Origin: Sarea resinae
Lineage: Eukaryota
Direction of reading: 5' to 3'
DNA length: 64,000 nucleotides
NCBI GenBank assembly: GCA_026026165.1
Contig: JAPEUD010000079.1
Location: forward strand, 1-64,000
A model generated the notes under the pieces. That model saw only the letters and a program-made list of their open reading frames with translations, did no database searches and was not told where the DNA came from. The position numbers were made by a program, and so were the translations under genes. This document shows, one piece after another, positions 48,585 through 60,300 of this stretch. Each line of letters starts with the position of its first letter. Within the stretch, counting starts at the first letter, position 1.

Positions 48585-50680
48585 CTAGGTGGCTCGTCCA
48601 TGGCCGCCTATTCCTTTGGTACTACCATCAGCTGTACCCCCAGGATGCCCGGCAGTCTGATGATGCGCACCCTGAGAAGAACCCTTGGCTGGAACAGCAG
48701 GCGTAGCAACAGGGATGGGTTCGTCATCGTAATCTTCGGCCAAATACTCCTCGCTCTGTGCATCCTGGCCCTGCAACGGCACATCTCCTCCTTGTTGATC
48801 GTAGCGCTGTGAACCCGATTGCTGCTGTTGCGTACCGGCGTTGGAGTTCTTAGACGCAGCCTTCCCACCCTTCTTGCCCTTGCGATTCTTCATTTTAGCT
48901 TTCTCCAACAACCGCCTCTTCTCAGCCAAGCGCTTCCTCTCCGTTCGATCTTTGATCTCATATTGCTTCACGAGAGCCTCGGGCTGTACACCAAAGATAC
49001 TTTCGTACTCGCAAAACTCGCAGATCCATATATCCTCCCTGCTTGGTGGGTGATGATAGTTGTTGTATTCTTGCTGTAGGCGGCGCTGCCTAGCGGCCAA
49101 AGCATATTCTTTGTCTGGACGACGGCGGGTTTTCTTTCCTTGCTGAGGAGTAGCGGATTGGCCTCCTAATGCTCCGCCCATGTTTGGACTCGTCTGCGTT
49201 CCTTGAGTAGAGACACCTCTGGCACCTTGGCTGCGCACACCGGGAATGCCAGATGCGACGTTACCGGCGACCATTGAAGGGTGGCCCGATGTGAGTGTGC
49301 CATTCGGACTAGGCCAGACCATGTTCTTTCCGGCATCGGATTCGCAGGTAAAAGTGAACTGGGTTTGGGCGGGGCTGGACTTCTTTGAGCTCTGCTGTTG
49401 TAACAGACTGACATTCTCCTGCCCTTTCGGGGGTGTAGAAGGCCCATTTTCGGCAGCACTGGCAATGGCAGCAGAAATAATTCCACGATCAGTGTGTGTC
49501 GCGTCACCTGTGTTTTGTTATCAGTTAACCGATCCGAGGAAGGAGCTGTTCAGTCTACCTTTACCACCGCCAATACCACCAGGTACCCAATCACGCCGAT
49601 TTCGTCCATTCCGCCCAGCCGCCCACGCATTCGACCCATCCGTCGATAACCCAAGCGGGCTCTTCCCATTAGAATTCCGGGCAGCAGGCCTACCGAAACG
49701 ACCTCTTCCGGCACCAGATATCCCAGTTCCCGATCCACTAGAAGGTATGGCTGAGTATGCAGATCTATATCCTTGTCCTACTTCATGCACAGTATCCTCA
49801 TCCGAAATAGTATCGACTTTTGAAGGCGAAGAGATGCCCATGTTTGCTAGCTCGGCCGACAGGTGGCTTTGATGATTAGTCATACTGCCGGAAGTGGGAA
49901 TCTTTCGCTTTTTCTTGTTGTTCGTGTTCTCGAACGAATCATATCCATCTGCGGAAGAAGCAGTCGATTGTGCCTGTGGAGGTCGCTGCTGGGCACCAGA
50001 AGATTCCACGGATCGCTGCTCCGCCAGACTTCCATTAACCGAATGAGCAGCATTTGAAACGACTGAACTGCCTTGTCCACGGTATTGACTGAGGATGCTC
50101 GGCCCTTCTTCCTCTTCCTCCTCGCTATCTAATTCATCGTCGTGGTGGTGGTCATGCTCGTATCCGTGCTCGCAGGTATGAGGTTCTGGAACCTGTTTCG
50201 ACGTTGGTAAGCTATTTGTGTAGAGGCCCTCGCTTGCTGAACGGCCGTATGGAAAGTGGAACAGTGGTGTCACAGAAGAGGGCGTCGGAGGATAGAGGAT
50301 AGAATCTGCAACTTCCGGTGATAAACGAGAGCGGATTCGACGTTTAGGAAGAGGTCGAATAGGTCGGTCGGGATAAAGAGATGATGTCGTGTCTGGCGAG
50401 TGGCCCGCCGGAGATGGAGGGGAATAAACGTTCCCTGTCAAGCAATCAAGAAGATCGGTCAGCCTGTCGTAGACCCAAGATGCCATTGCTGCGTCCTCTA
50501 TCGATGCCACCAACGCTGCATTCCCTTCCACTAGAGAGCAGTGGAAAGTGTAGCAGGTCGGTTAGGTATGATATTTGAGCTATGATTGCATAACGCGAGT
50601 GAAGCCGGAGAAGAGTGAAGAAAATTTATGATGACAGGGTCGTTGGGCAAATGTATCATACCCAGGACAGCGGCCGACAT
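48585..50680 (-). CDS. conserved fungal protein of unknown function with C-terminal WICEFCEY (CxxC) motif
   Basis: Proposed exons 50680-50662 (MSAAVLG), 50434-49559, 49507-48585. Motifs PDRPIRPLPKRRIRSRLS, NLS-like NNKKKRKIP, GIISAAIA, FTFTCES, WICEFCEYESIFG..PEALVKQYEIKDR. The start exon is inferred from splice phase. Confidence 0.8.
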
Positions 50681-53604
50681 TGTCTACCAAACTTGTATCT
50701 GTGCCAATAGGACGCAGTGCTCCTGCCTCTTCGACTCGATTCAAACGCGTTGTACGTGTCAACGGCAAGATAGGTAAGGTAGGTAGGCTACTGTGCAAGG
50801 CAAAGTAGCTTTCGTGAAGTGTCCTGCGCACCTTGGAGCTACGTTAGCAACAATCGGTTAGGAGATGACACTTTATCTCCCGGAGTCCGACACGTTGCAC
50901 TTTCAGGAGTGAGAAGTGGGCCGTGAGTTCATCGGCTGATGCTGTACCGCAGACGTATCACCGGTAACAGCCAGAAGCAAAAGCGAACGAAGGGTTGGAG
51001 GCAGGTGGAACTGAGGGCGTCAAAGGATCGAAGGATTTCCTTACCGGGAACGAGGGCAGAATTATTCAGCACCCGATACCGTACCCGAGAAGGGCTCAGC
51101 GGAGGCAGCAGCGAGAGCAAAGCGGCAGCAACGACAATCAACAAATGCGCTGGACGATGGGAGCGATGGACGGTGATGGGGGCGACGGGTATCGATTGCA
51201 ATTGTTCCTCGTGTGCGGGAATCCGTGAAGTCCGTGAGGGTGCAAGATTGATTGTGAAGAACAGCTGTCGTGGACGGGATATCGGTCATCCATGCTCGTC
51301 ACTGTGCCGCTAAACGCTTTCGGGGACCATTCATACTCCAGAATTTCGTCTCCCTTTCCGATACCGATCATGGAACCCTAAGACTTTGCACTACCTGACC
51401 GTTACGGCTACTCGACTTCTCCTCCAGCTACGAGTCATCTACGGCACCACCAACAATGGCCATGATGGCAACGGTGATGTTGTCCAAACAACCTGGAAAG
51501 GGATCAGAGGGAGCAAAGGGGTGAGCCCGCGAGATGCCACCGAACTACTGAAGTACTTCGAGACACCGGGAGGCTGAAGGGGCCCTAAGGCAATCTCTCG
51601 CATGGCATGACGGCACGAATCAGATGCACCGGTCATCATCCATGTGTGCTCTCCAATCTCGTCTCGTCTCGTCGCTCGATACAGGGTTTCAGCAGCCATG
51701 GACCATGCCATCTCACTCTCCCGTCAGATGCAAGATACTGTAGCTCGAATGGTCGAGATCTCCAGGGCTCTCATGCTCTTATTGCCCTTGATCTGCTCGG
51801 CTGTACCTCACAGCCGCGGGCCGCCTCGATCCTCTTGATGGGATGGCCTGCCTGCCTGCCCGCCTGAAACTGTGCGTGTAACCACCCGCGCGACCTTGTG
51901 CTTTTGGATATCACGCGGAGTCGGCGATGGCGAAAGCAAGGCGCCCACAGACACCTTCGATCCATCTAGCTCCGGAGCCATCCATAATTCCCTGAGACAT
52001 CCATGATCGAGGACTACGTAGTCGGCATGAGGCACACTCCTCCGTGCGGTGGCTTGAGATGTCGATTAGATATCCCGGGTTGAGGGTAGGCGAGCCCAAG
52101 ATTCGCAAGCGGGTTGGAGCCCTGACATGCTCTGACTCCGGTGCGGGTGCCAGACCCTAGAGAGCAGGCCTGGAAGTCTCGCCGACTCCAGACGAACGAC
52201 CAGACGCCCAATCCTACTCTGCCCTATACATCTCACGAGGAAAAGCCTTCTTCATCTGTGGATCTGACTGGCTGACTGGGCTGGAGCGGACTCATGCAGG
52301 GACATGGTCCTAGTGGAGGCAGCCCTGGAGGTGTCGCTGGCTCGATTGCCCGAGCACGGTCGAGACTCGACACGTGAACAGCGAGGGAGCATGGAGCAGG
52401 CAAGGAGGAAGGGAATGGAAGCAGAGCAAGGGGAACACTGAGAGAAAGCCTTCAGGTGAGGCGTCTCAGGTGGTGGGAACGGGCTTCGGGATCAAGAAGT
52501 GGAGGTCATCAATTCCATCACTGGATTCGCATTCAGGCAGGTGCCTATCTGCCAGCCGATGTAACCCCGATCACTGATGGTGGATCAATACGAGTAATCC
52601 ATTTCAGCATTTGGATGACAATAATGTTGAATTTACTAGAGTAAGGTGCGTCGTACTGCAGTACTTCGTAGGTGTACTCCGTAGAGTAGCCAGGTCGCGT
52701 ACTCTGTACCTGCTCGGTTTCCAGCTGTGATCGAATCGCAATGCAGGAAATGGATATCAAGGTCCTTCAGGCTACTCCTCCTACGTATCTCAGATCGCTG
52801 GCTACGGTAGAAAGGCGAGACATTATTCACGGATCATGGCCATTGATGGACATTCATCTGTTCTGTATCCATCACCTGCAGCCTCCTGGTACCTGACCTC
52901 TATCTCCCTGATCTTACAACTCAGGTGTCATCTTTGCTTCCATGAATGCAGCTCAGGTTCATGACGACCTCCAGCTACCTTACCTGCAGGTTTGGGGACG
53001 ATTACGGGTGGCCTTGCGGACCTACCTACCTTAGGTACCCTCGTACCTCGCCTCGGGTCCTTATCGGCGACCGTTCTTCCCCGCAACCTTCAAGGCTCGC
53101 GCGCGTACTCGCGCTCTTCCTTGCCTCCAGGGCTTGTTCGGTGCCCGTTCGTGCATTAATCATCGCTTAATCTCTGGTCGCAGTCGGCCGAGGAGCACTC
53201 TCGTGTACGGTCATCGAGATGTGCCGGACCCGTCGGATGAGCGAGGGCCCTCCTGCTCTCTATTCTCTCGTGCGCAGCATCTGGTCCCGCCCACACTCCT
53301 CGACCTGCCGTCATTCTCCCTATTCTTCACTCGTTGACAGCATGTCCCGGTGCCATTTCAGCTATATCTATTATCATTTGGAAATTTGGCAGCAAGAATT
53401 CACCTACTCGTAAGCCACGGCTGACCTTGTCCGCGCACCCTGCTCCAAGCTTCTCCGGTCAGTCACCGCTCTTCCCCTTCCCATCCACGCCGCCCAACGG
53501 CCCCTCGAGCTTCCTCGGATTCGAACCGGGGCTGGAAATGTCCAGAGAACTCATTGAAAGTCAAGACAGCATCGGATATCTACGATCAGGACTCGGATTC
53601 TACC

Positions 53605-55795
53605 ATGTCCCCGCGACGGTCCTCCCGCGCACGCACAACCCAACCACCGTCCGCTGGATCACAACATACAAATTCTTCTTCCTCATCGAGCTCGTCGGGT
53701 CGTGCGGAACGGAATACTCGGTCACATCACAAAGCTCAATCGCCCCGGAAAGCCTCACCACCTCTCTCCCAAGCCTCTGAGGAGGCCGAAGAGTCGGCTA
53801 AAGCCGGTGACGCAGCACAGGCGCGACGACGACGGCGCGAGCCCGGGTCCGAAGAAGACGAGCCTCCCAACATGAATAACAGCAAGCGTGGTCATGTCAC
53901 CGAAGATGACGAGGAAGACGAGGAAGAGATAACTCGCTGCATTTGCGGTCACCAAGAGTATCCCGGCCCGCTCGTCTCTCTTACCGATGCCTCAAATCGC
54001 CGCGAAACAAAAGTTGCGATTAGGAAAGACGGCGACCCCAATTCTGCATTGACCGACTCGGAAATCGTCCCAGAAGATGCTGGCGGCCTATTCATCCAAT
54101 GCGATATCTGCAAAGTCTGGCAGCACGGAGGCTGCGTAGGCATCATGAACGAGGCGATGAGTCCAGAGGAATACTTTTGCGAGCAATGCAGGCGAGACTT
54201 GCATAAGATCAATCATGGCACAAGTGGGTGAGTACGACATCTTCTTTTGGCATGTTCCACCCAGAGTCGAAAGTTTCTCTGGTCGGATGGAAAGACGGGC
54301 AATATCTCCCACTCGGTCTTGTCGCAAGCTCCTCACGCATCGAATTCTTGGCGGCTTTGAGTCCCACGTTCTTTCAGCGCTGACCAGTCATTTCACCAGG
54401 CCAAAATCCTCTCGTTACCTACCTGTCCTGGAGGCTTCCACTCCCAAGCCGCCGTCGCGAGCCGCGTCGTATTCGAAAGATCTCGATAACAAATCATCCA
54501 AAGATACCCCTTCACGTGCAAGCGCTGCTGCACTTAGCACCAAGCGAAGATCGACAATGAATAGCCGCGATGCAGCGTACGACGAAGAGGAACAACTGAG
54601 GAGGGCTATTGAAGAGAGCAAGGGCGAGGACAATCTCACCAGTATAGATGGTGGCAGTAAGCGAGGAAAGAGAGGGCGAAGCGGCAGCGAGGAGTGAGTC
54701 TACCTTTCAATCAAAATGTCAGAGACGGAGCACCCAATACTCCGACTCTCAATTGATCAAGGCACGATCGAGATTTCAGCATGACGGGGCTAACAATTTC
54801 TTCAGGGCAATACAAGATTCCAAAAGACTACGAACGGCATCACAGACACCGTCTCCTTCCAATCACACAAGCCACTCCCCATCACGACACGATGATTCCC
54901 AGGACGAAGGAACCCCGACGAAAGACCAAGCAGGCAAAAGGATACGTGGTGCTGCGGCTCGAAATCAACGAGACAAGGAGCTTCGCGATCGCGAAAGAGA
55001 GAGGGAGAGAGAGAGGGCCGATGCAGCTGGCAGGCGAAAGGGCCGAGCTGAGAGGAGAAGAGCCGACGGTTCGTACGGACCCGCTTTACTGAGAGCATGA
55101 AGCTGATCCAAATAGAATCTGATCCCTCGGACGAGCATTCGAAACCGGCAGCATCTAAAGCTGGAGCTGACACTGTAGCCCAGCCTGAAGATTCCACCCC
55201 TTCATCACAGCCTCCATCCGGCACGTCGACTGCGATGCCTCATCCTGTCACCCAGACATCTCATCGAAAAACGGGTCGGCCTCCGGCTCGCCGCACACGC
55301 GTTGGGCGCAATCAATACACTCGGGACCGCGATCTCGCTCACGACCTCCACGATCGGACACCGAATCGGTCACAATCGCGTGATATCGGCGGGGATGAGT
55401 CGAATGGTGTTCATCACACCAATGGGGAATCCGGGAAGCCTAGCCGTCCACGTTATATGAATCCACAAAGGACGAGCATGAATGAAATGAAGCGTCGTGT
55501 GGCTGGCATATTGGAATTCATCTCTCGCATGCAGGTTGAAATGGCCGGCGAGAATACCCCGCCATCAGCCGGGGGAGGGGCTCCCAACGGTCCAACTACA
55601 GCTATGATTAAGAGCCTGGCAGACACCCTTGGTCCAGTCACCAACATCAACGGCGGCCACGATGCGAGTGGAAAGCATGATGTCGAGGCGGCCGAGAAAG
55701 ACTTTGGTCAGCTTAACAGTCTGGAGATGATGGACGTGCTGACGCGAAAGTTGGTTCTCTGGCAAAAGGAGTTCGGTAAGTACGGCGAAAAATAA
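53605..55795 (+). CDS. CTI6: PHD-finger protein, Cti6-like (Rpd3L histone deacetylase complex component)
   Basis: Exons 53605-54227, 54400-54693, 54806-55068, 55116-55795. PHD finger TRCICG...FIQCDICKVWQHGGCVGI...YFCEQC, RSTMNSRDAAYDEEEQLRRAIEESK, and C-terminal SMNEMKRRVAGILEFISRMQ...LTRKLVLWQKEFG. Confidence 0.88.
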
Positions 55796-57288
55796 CGGAC
55801 GGAACCATCTATTCACTCGCCGAGAGCGGGGTTGTTACTATATGAGTATTCACGGCGTTGTCTTGTCAGCTTTTACACCCCGGTCACGACGCGGGTCCTG
55901 GGAATATCATCTCCGTTCTTTTTGCTTTTTCCGGTCGATAGATGAGGAAGACCATTTTCATGGATGGATCTTGGCGCGCGTGTCTCTGTGTTTCTTGTCG
56001 TGCATCGTCAACGGGTATCTCTAAGACAGCGTTGCACATATAATGGAAGATTCTCTGCAATCTCGATGATCGATGACCTGGTTTCCGATGGTTGGGAGGG
56101 GAATAGGAATGGGCCACAGGCGCCATCCAAGCTGTGGCTGGATTGTAGGGTAATCGACAACGGTCCCGACTCACCGCTTACCGAATCTCACGATGCATCC
56201 ATGGATGTCCGGACGTTTGGGTGCGGTGAGGGAATTTGCGAACTCCGGGCCCCGGAATGACGGTGATCAGTTCGTAACTTGGAGGGTACTTGTGGTGAGG
56301 TCGAAGAGAAGTAGAGATGGCTTTTGTGGATCGCTCGCGGGCAGCGTACTCTAGAGTACTCTACTCTGCTCTATTGCCAAGCAGGTATAGAGCGCTTACC
56401 AACATGCGAGATCTGGAAGCTTTGAGTTGCCCCATCTCTCGGCCGCGCGCGCACATCTTGACTGTTACCCCGAGACGCTTTGCAATTAATTGATGCTGAT
56501 GATGTGAATGATGATCGTGGCATCTGGCATGGGGACAGCGATGCTCTTGGCGACCGATGAGACTCTGAGTAGGGAGAACGTGTGTCATCCCTCAGGTACG
56601 AGCACCGGAGATACTGACATGGTGAGTCGAGGCGAAGTAGGTAGACGAGGGTACCGCCGCATGCATCCGCTGGTCTAAGAGAACCTCAGATGGACAACAT
56701 GGAGGCACGCACGGAGGTAGATGTCCTCCAGCGGTTCTTCTCTGGAAAGACATAGGTACTTGGTGCTAGAGCCCACTGGCTCATGCGAGCAATTCCATTT
56801 CAATTGTGCTGGTTCATCGTTTCCGTGATGGTTGCCCCTCTGAGCGTCTGTCAGCATCTGTCAATGTCGTCGGACCAATGCCGGGAGAATGATGGATGAG
56901 AAGATCAAGGGCAACGAGGGACGTGGATGGAGGTACGGGGCAGGTACCGGTAGCGAGCGAGCAAGTCCATCGGCCCCTCTTTCGTCAGACTCCGTCATCG
57001 CCTACTACAACTGAGCACTCCGTCCTGACGTCCCACCCCCACTACGACAAGTCGGTACCTGACGCTACCCCCCCTCCATGTATCTCTCCTCGCCACGCCG
57101 CTCACATCACCTATCGTAGCCTTTCCTCAACATTCTATTTTGCAGTCCCCGTAGTCTTCTTCTCACATTCTTCCAACAACCACATCCTCAAACCATCAAA
57201 CAAACCTCGCGACTGATCGATTTGTTTTCTGATCAGCAATCATCCTCCTGAGCTTCACTATCATCAATCCACAGTCACTGCAATCATC

Positions 57289-58672
57289 ATGACGAGCGCA
57301 CTGGAACAGCTCAAGGCCACTGGCACCGTAAGTCGCCCCCCACTTCCAGGTCCCCACTGCTGCACTGCGGCCTCAATGCAGTCCCGCAAGGATTTCTTCT
57401 CTTCGGTCTTCATGGCCGTTGCTGTGGGCGTATCAGCTAACAGGTCTTCTCCTCCTACCAGACCGTGGTGTGCGATTCCGGTAAGCAAATACCTCCCATG
57501 CATTCATTCTGAAATCGCGGCTGACCTTTGAATCCCAGGTGACTTTGCCAGTATGTGAAGCCGAGAGAGGCCAACCAACGTTCACTCTACTTTCGACGGG
57601 ACTGACTGCTTCCTAGCAATTGACAAATACCAACCCCAAGATGCTACGACCAACCCCTCTCTCATCCTAGCGGCCTCCAAGAAGCCCGAGTACGCCAAGC
57701 TGATAGACGTGGCCGTCGAGTACGGAAAGAAGCATGTCAGTATCCACGCCACCTCTTCTTTCTTGCTCTGCTGACTCTTTCCAGGCCAAGGGCATTGATG
57801 AGCAAATCGATGCGGCTCTCGACCGTCTCCTCGTCGAGTTCGGCAAGGAGATTCTGCAAATCATCCCGGGCAGAGTGTCGACGGAAGTCGACGCCCGTTT
57901 CTCTTTTGACACCAACGCTTCCGTCGAGAAGGCCCTCCATCTCATCGAGGTGAGTTTGGCTGCAAAAGTCATTTGAGGAATGCCTACTCACTCTACCGCA
58001 GCTCTACAAATCTCTCGGCATCGACAAGGACCGCATCCTCATCAAGATCGCCTCGACCTGGGAAGGCATCAAGGCTGCCCAGATCCTCGAGAGCAAGTAC
58101 CAGATCCACTGCAACCTGACCCTCATGTTCTCGCTCGTGCAGGCCATTGCCGCCGCGGAGGGTGGCGCCACTCTCATCTCTCCCTTCGTCGGCCGTATCC
58201 TCGATTGGTACAAGGCCTCCCAGAAGAAGGACTTTGCGCCGCACGAGGACCCGGGCGTCAAGAGCGTCCAGGAGATTTTCAACTACTACAAGAAGTTTGG
58301 CTACAAGACCATCGTCATGGGTGCCTCGTTCCGTAACTCGGGCGAGATCAAGGAGTTGGCTGGATGTGATTTCCTAACCATTGCTGTACGTCTTCTTCTT
58401 CTTCTCTCCTCTAGTGCACTGCCTAACATGTACCACAGCCCGCTCTCTTGGAAGAGCTCTACAACTCCAAGGACAGCGTGCCGAAGAAGCTCGACGCCTC
58501 CAACGCCAACTCCCTCGACATCAAGAAACGCTCCTACATCAACGACGAGGGTCTCTACCGCTTCGACTTTAATGAGGAGCAGATGGCCAACGACAAGTTG
58601 AGGGAGGGCATCTCCAAGTTCGCCGCCGACGCCGTCACGCTGAAGGGCATCTTGAGGGAGAAGTTGGCTTAG
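57289..58672 (+). CDS. TAL1: transaldolase
   Basis: Exons 57289-57327, 57462-57480, 57539-57550, 57617-57735, 57785-57948, 58002-58385, 58439-58672. Motifs [28 protein letters not shown], catalytic [37 protein letters not shown]. Confidence 0.97.
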
Positions 58673-59159
58673 GGGTTGAAGGAGTGTGACATCGACATCG
58701 ACATCGATATCGATGGCGACAATGAGAATGCAGTGGGAGAGGCGGCAGAGATGACACCAAGTTGAAATTTGGTAGAATTTGGATTCGACGTGTCTGTCGT
58801 CGTTTTCATGCGTCCGGTCCGAAATCGCGCGTTGCGAGTTGATCATGAGAAAAAATCTTCAAAGAAACAGAAATGAGAGAAACGTTACCCATGTCCCACG
58901 TCTAAGCAGCACCACAAAGCCCACTAAAGCACTAAAGTGATGTGTTGTGACGCTGTGAATGAATGCCGATGAAAGTGACGCAACGCCAATCCAATGCAAT
59001 GCACCACTCAGATGGTGGGTGCTGTATTAGAATGCTATGTCGACAAATCCGGATCCCTAAAAAGGGGACCCCCCCCCAACCCCCCTTCCTTTTCCAATCC
59101 TCCCTTAAAACCTCCCTCCCTATCTCGACAGTCCTAGTATACAGAGCAGAATGATGTCG

Positions 59160-60180
59160 AACCTACTGTAAAGTAAGTAGGTGAGTAAGTAGGTGAGTAA
59201 AGCCAGTAAAGCCAGTAAAAGTCAGTAAAAGTCAGTAAACCCAGTAAAACCCAGTAGTAAAGCGAGTAAAATGCTAGTCCTATAAGAAGATCAAACCAAG
59301 TCGTACCTATCTAGGTAAAGTAAAGTAAGTAAAGGTCGATAGGTACGGTATAGTATAGTGTAAGAGAGGTAGGTTATAGGTTTATGGGTAGGGAGGTGGG
59401 TTATCTTCTACGATTTTTCTTTCTTTCTTCCGAGCCGGAGTTGGATCGTTTACCTCACTTTCTTTGCTTTGCTTTGCTTTGCTTTGCTTTACTTTACTTT
59501 ACTTACTTCTAGACTCTGGCCCCTAGTTATTTAGTTAGTCGGTGAGGTCAGTTAATTAGGTGGGTTGAGTAGGTGGGTTAGTGAGGTCAGTTAGTTAGTT
59601 ACTTAATCAGGTAGGCAGGCAGGTAGGTAAGCAGGTAGGTAGGTAAATAGATACCACCAGCTAAAACACAATTGGAAGCCAATATCCAATATAATTTGAT
59701 ATGCCAGTCTGATTTTTTTAGGTACGAGATTTCCTTTTTCTTTCTTTTCTTAATAATGATAATAATAAACAATAATGGCAACAACAATGATTGCTAATAT
59801 TATTAACTTTTTGTTGATTGATGCACACAGATCCGATCCGGAGTTTTTTGATACATAGATGCCTACATACCTTACCTACCTACGGTAGTTGAGGTTTACT
59901 TTTCTTTTACGCCTACCTATGTACTTCTACTCTACTCTACTTTACTCTACCTACCTACCTACGAAGGACAAAGGACAAAGGACAAAGGATGGCAATCTTA
60001 TATGTCTTTACTGTATATGCGTGCATGATAAGTGAGTGCGTGATGAGTGAGTGCATGCGTGATATAGTGCGGCATAGCGTGGCTGGTTTGAAGTGAAATG
60101 AGTGAGTGGGTAGAGAGATAGGTACTGCAGGTATGTAGGTGGGTAGGTGGCCAGGGAGGTAGGTAAGGTAGAGAGAGAGA
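59160..60180. repeat. low-complexity AT-richer spacer (CAGTAAA, GCTTT, GTAG/CTAC, GGACAAA arrays) between convergent TAL1 and Tudor-SN
   Basis: For example 59195-59270 CAGTAAA-type units, 59462-59505 (GCTTT/ACTTT)n, 59605-59645 (GGTA/GGCA)n, 59964-59988 (AGGACAA)n. Confidence 0.8.
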
Positions 60181-60300
60181 GGTTTCATGGCGTATGTATG
60201 ATCTATGGTTCATGGCTTTTAGCTTCCCCCCGACCTCGCCGTTTCCTTCTCACATGCCTTCTTTCCCCTTTTAGTTTCTTTCCTTCCCCCCCAAAACATC

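Noticed and set aside
57481..57616. Spliceosomal twin intron (stwintron) in TAL1
   Set aside because: The 12-nt segment starting with GT encodes conserved residues (GDFA), so it is a true microexon between two ordinary introns.
58670..58770. Stop-codon read-through giving a peroxisomal PTS1 on transaldolase
   Set aside because: The context is TAG-GGG rather than TGA-CTA, and the in-frame extension ends in ...TPS, which is not PTS1-like.
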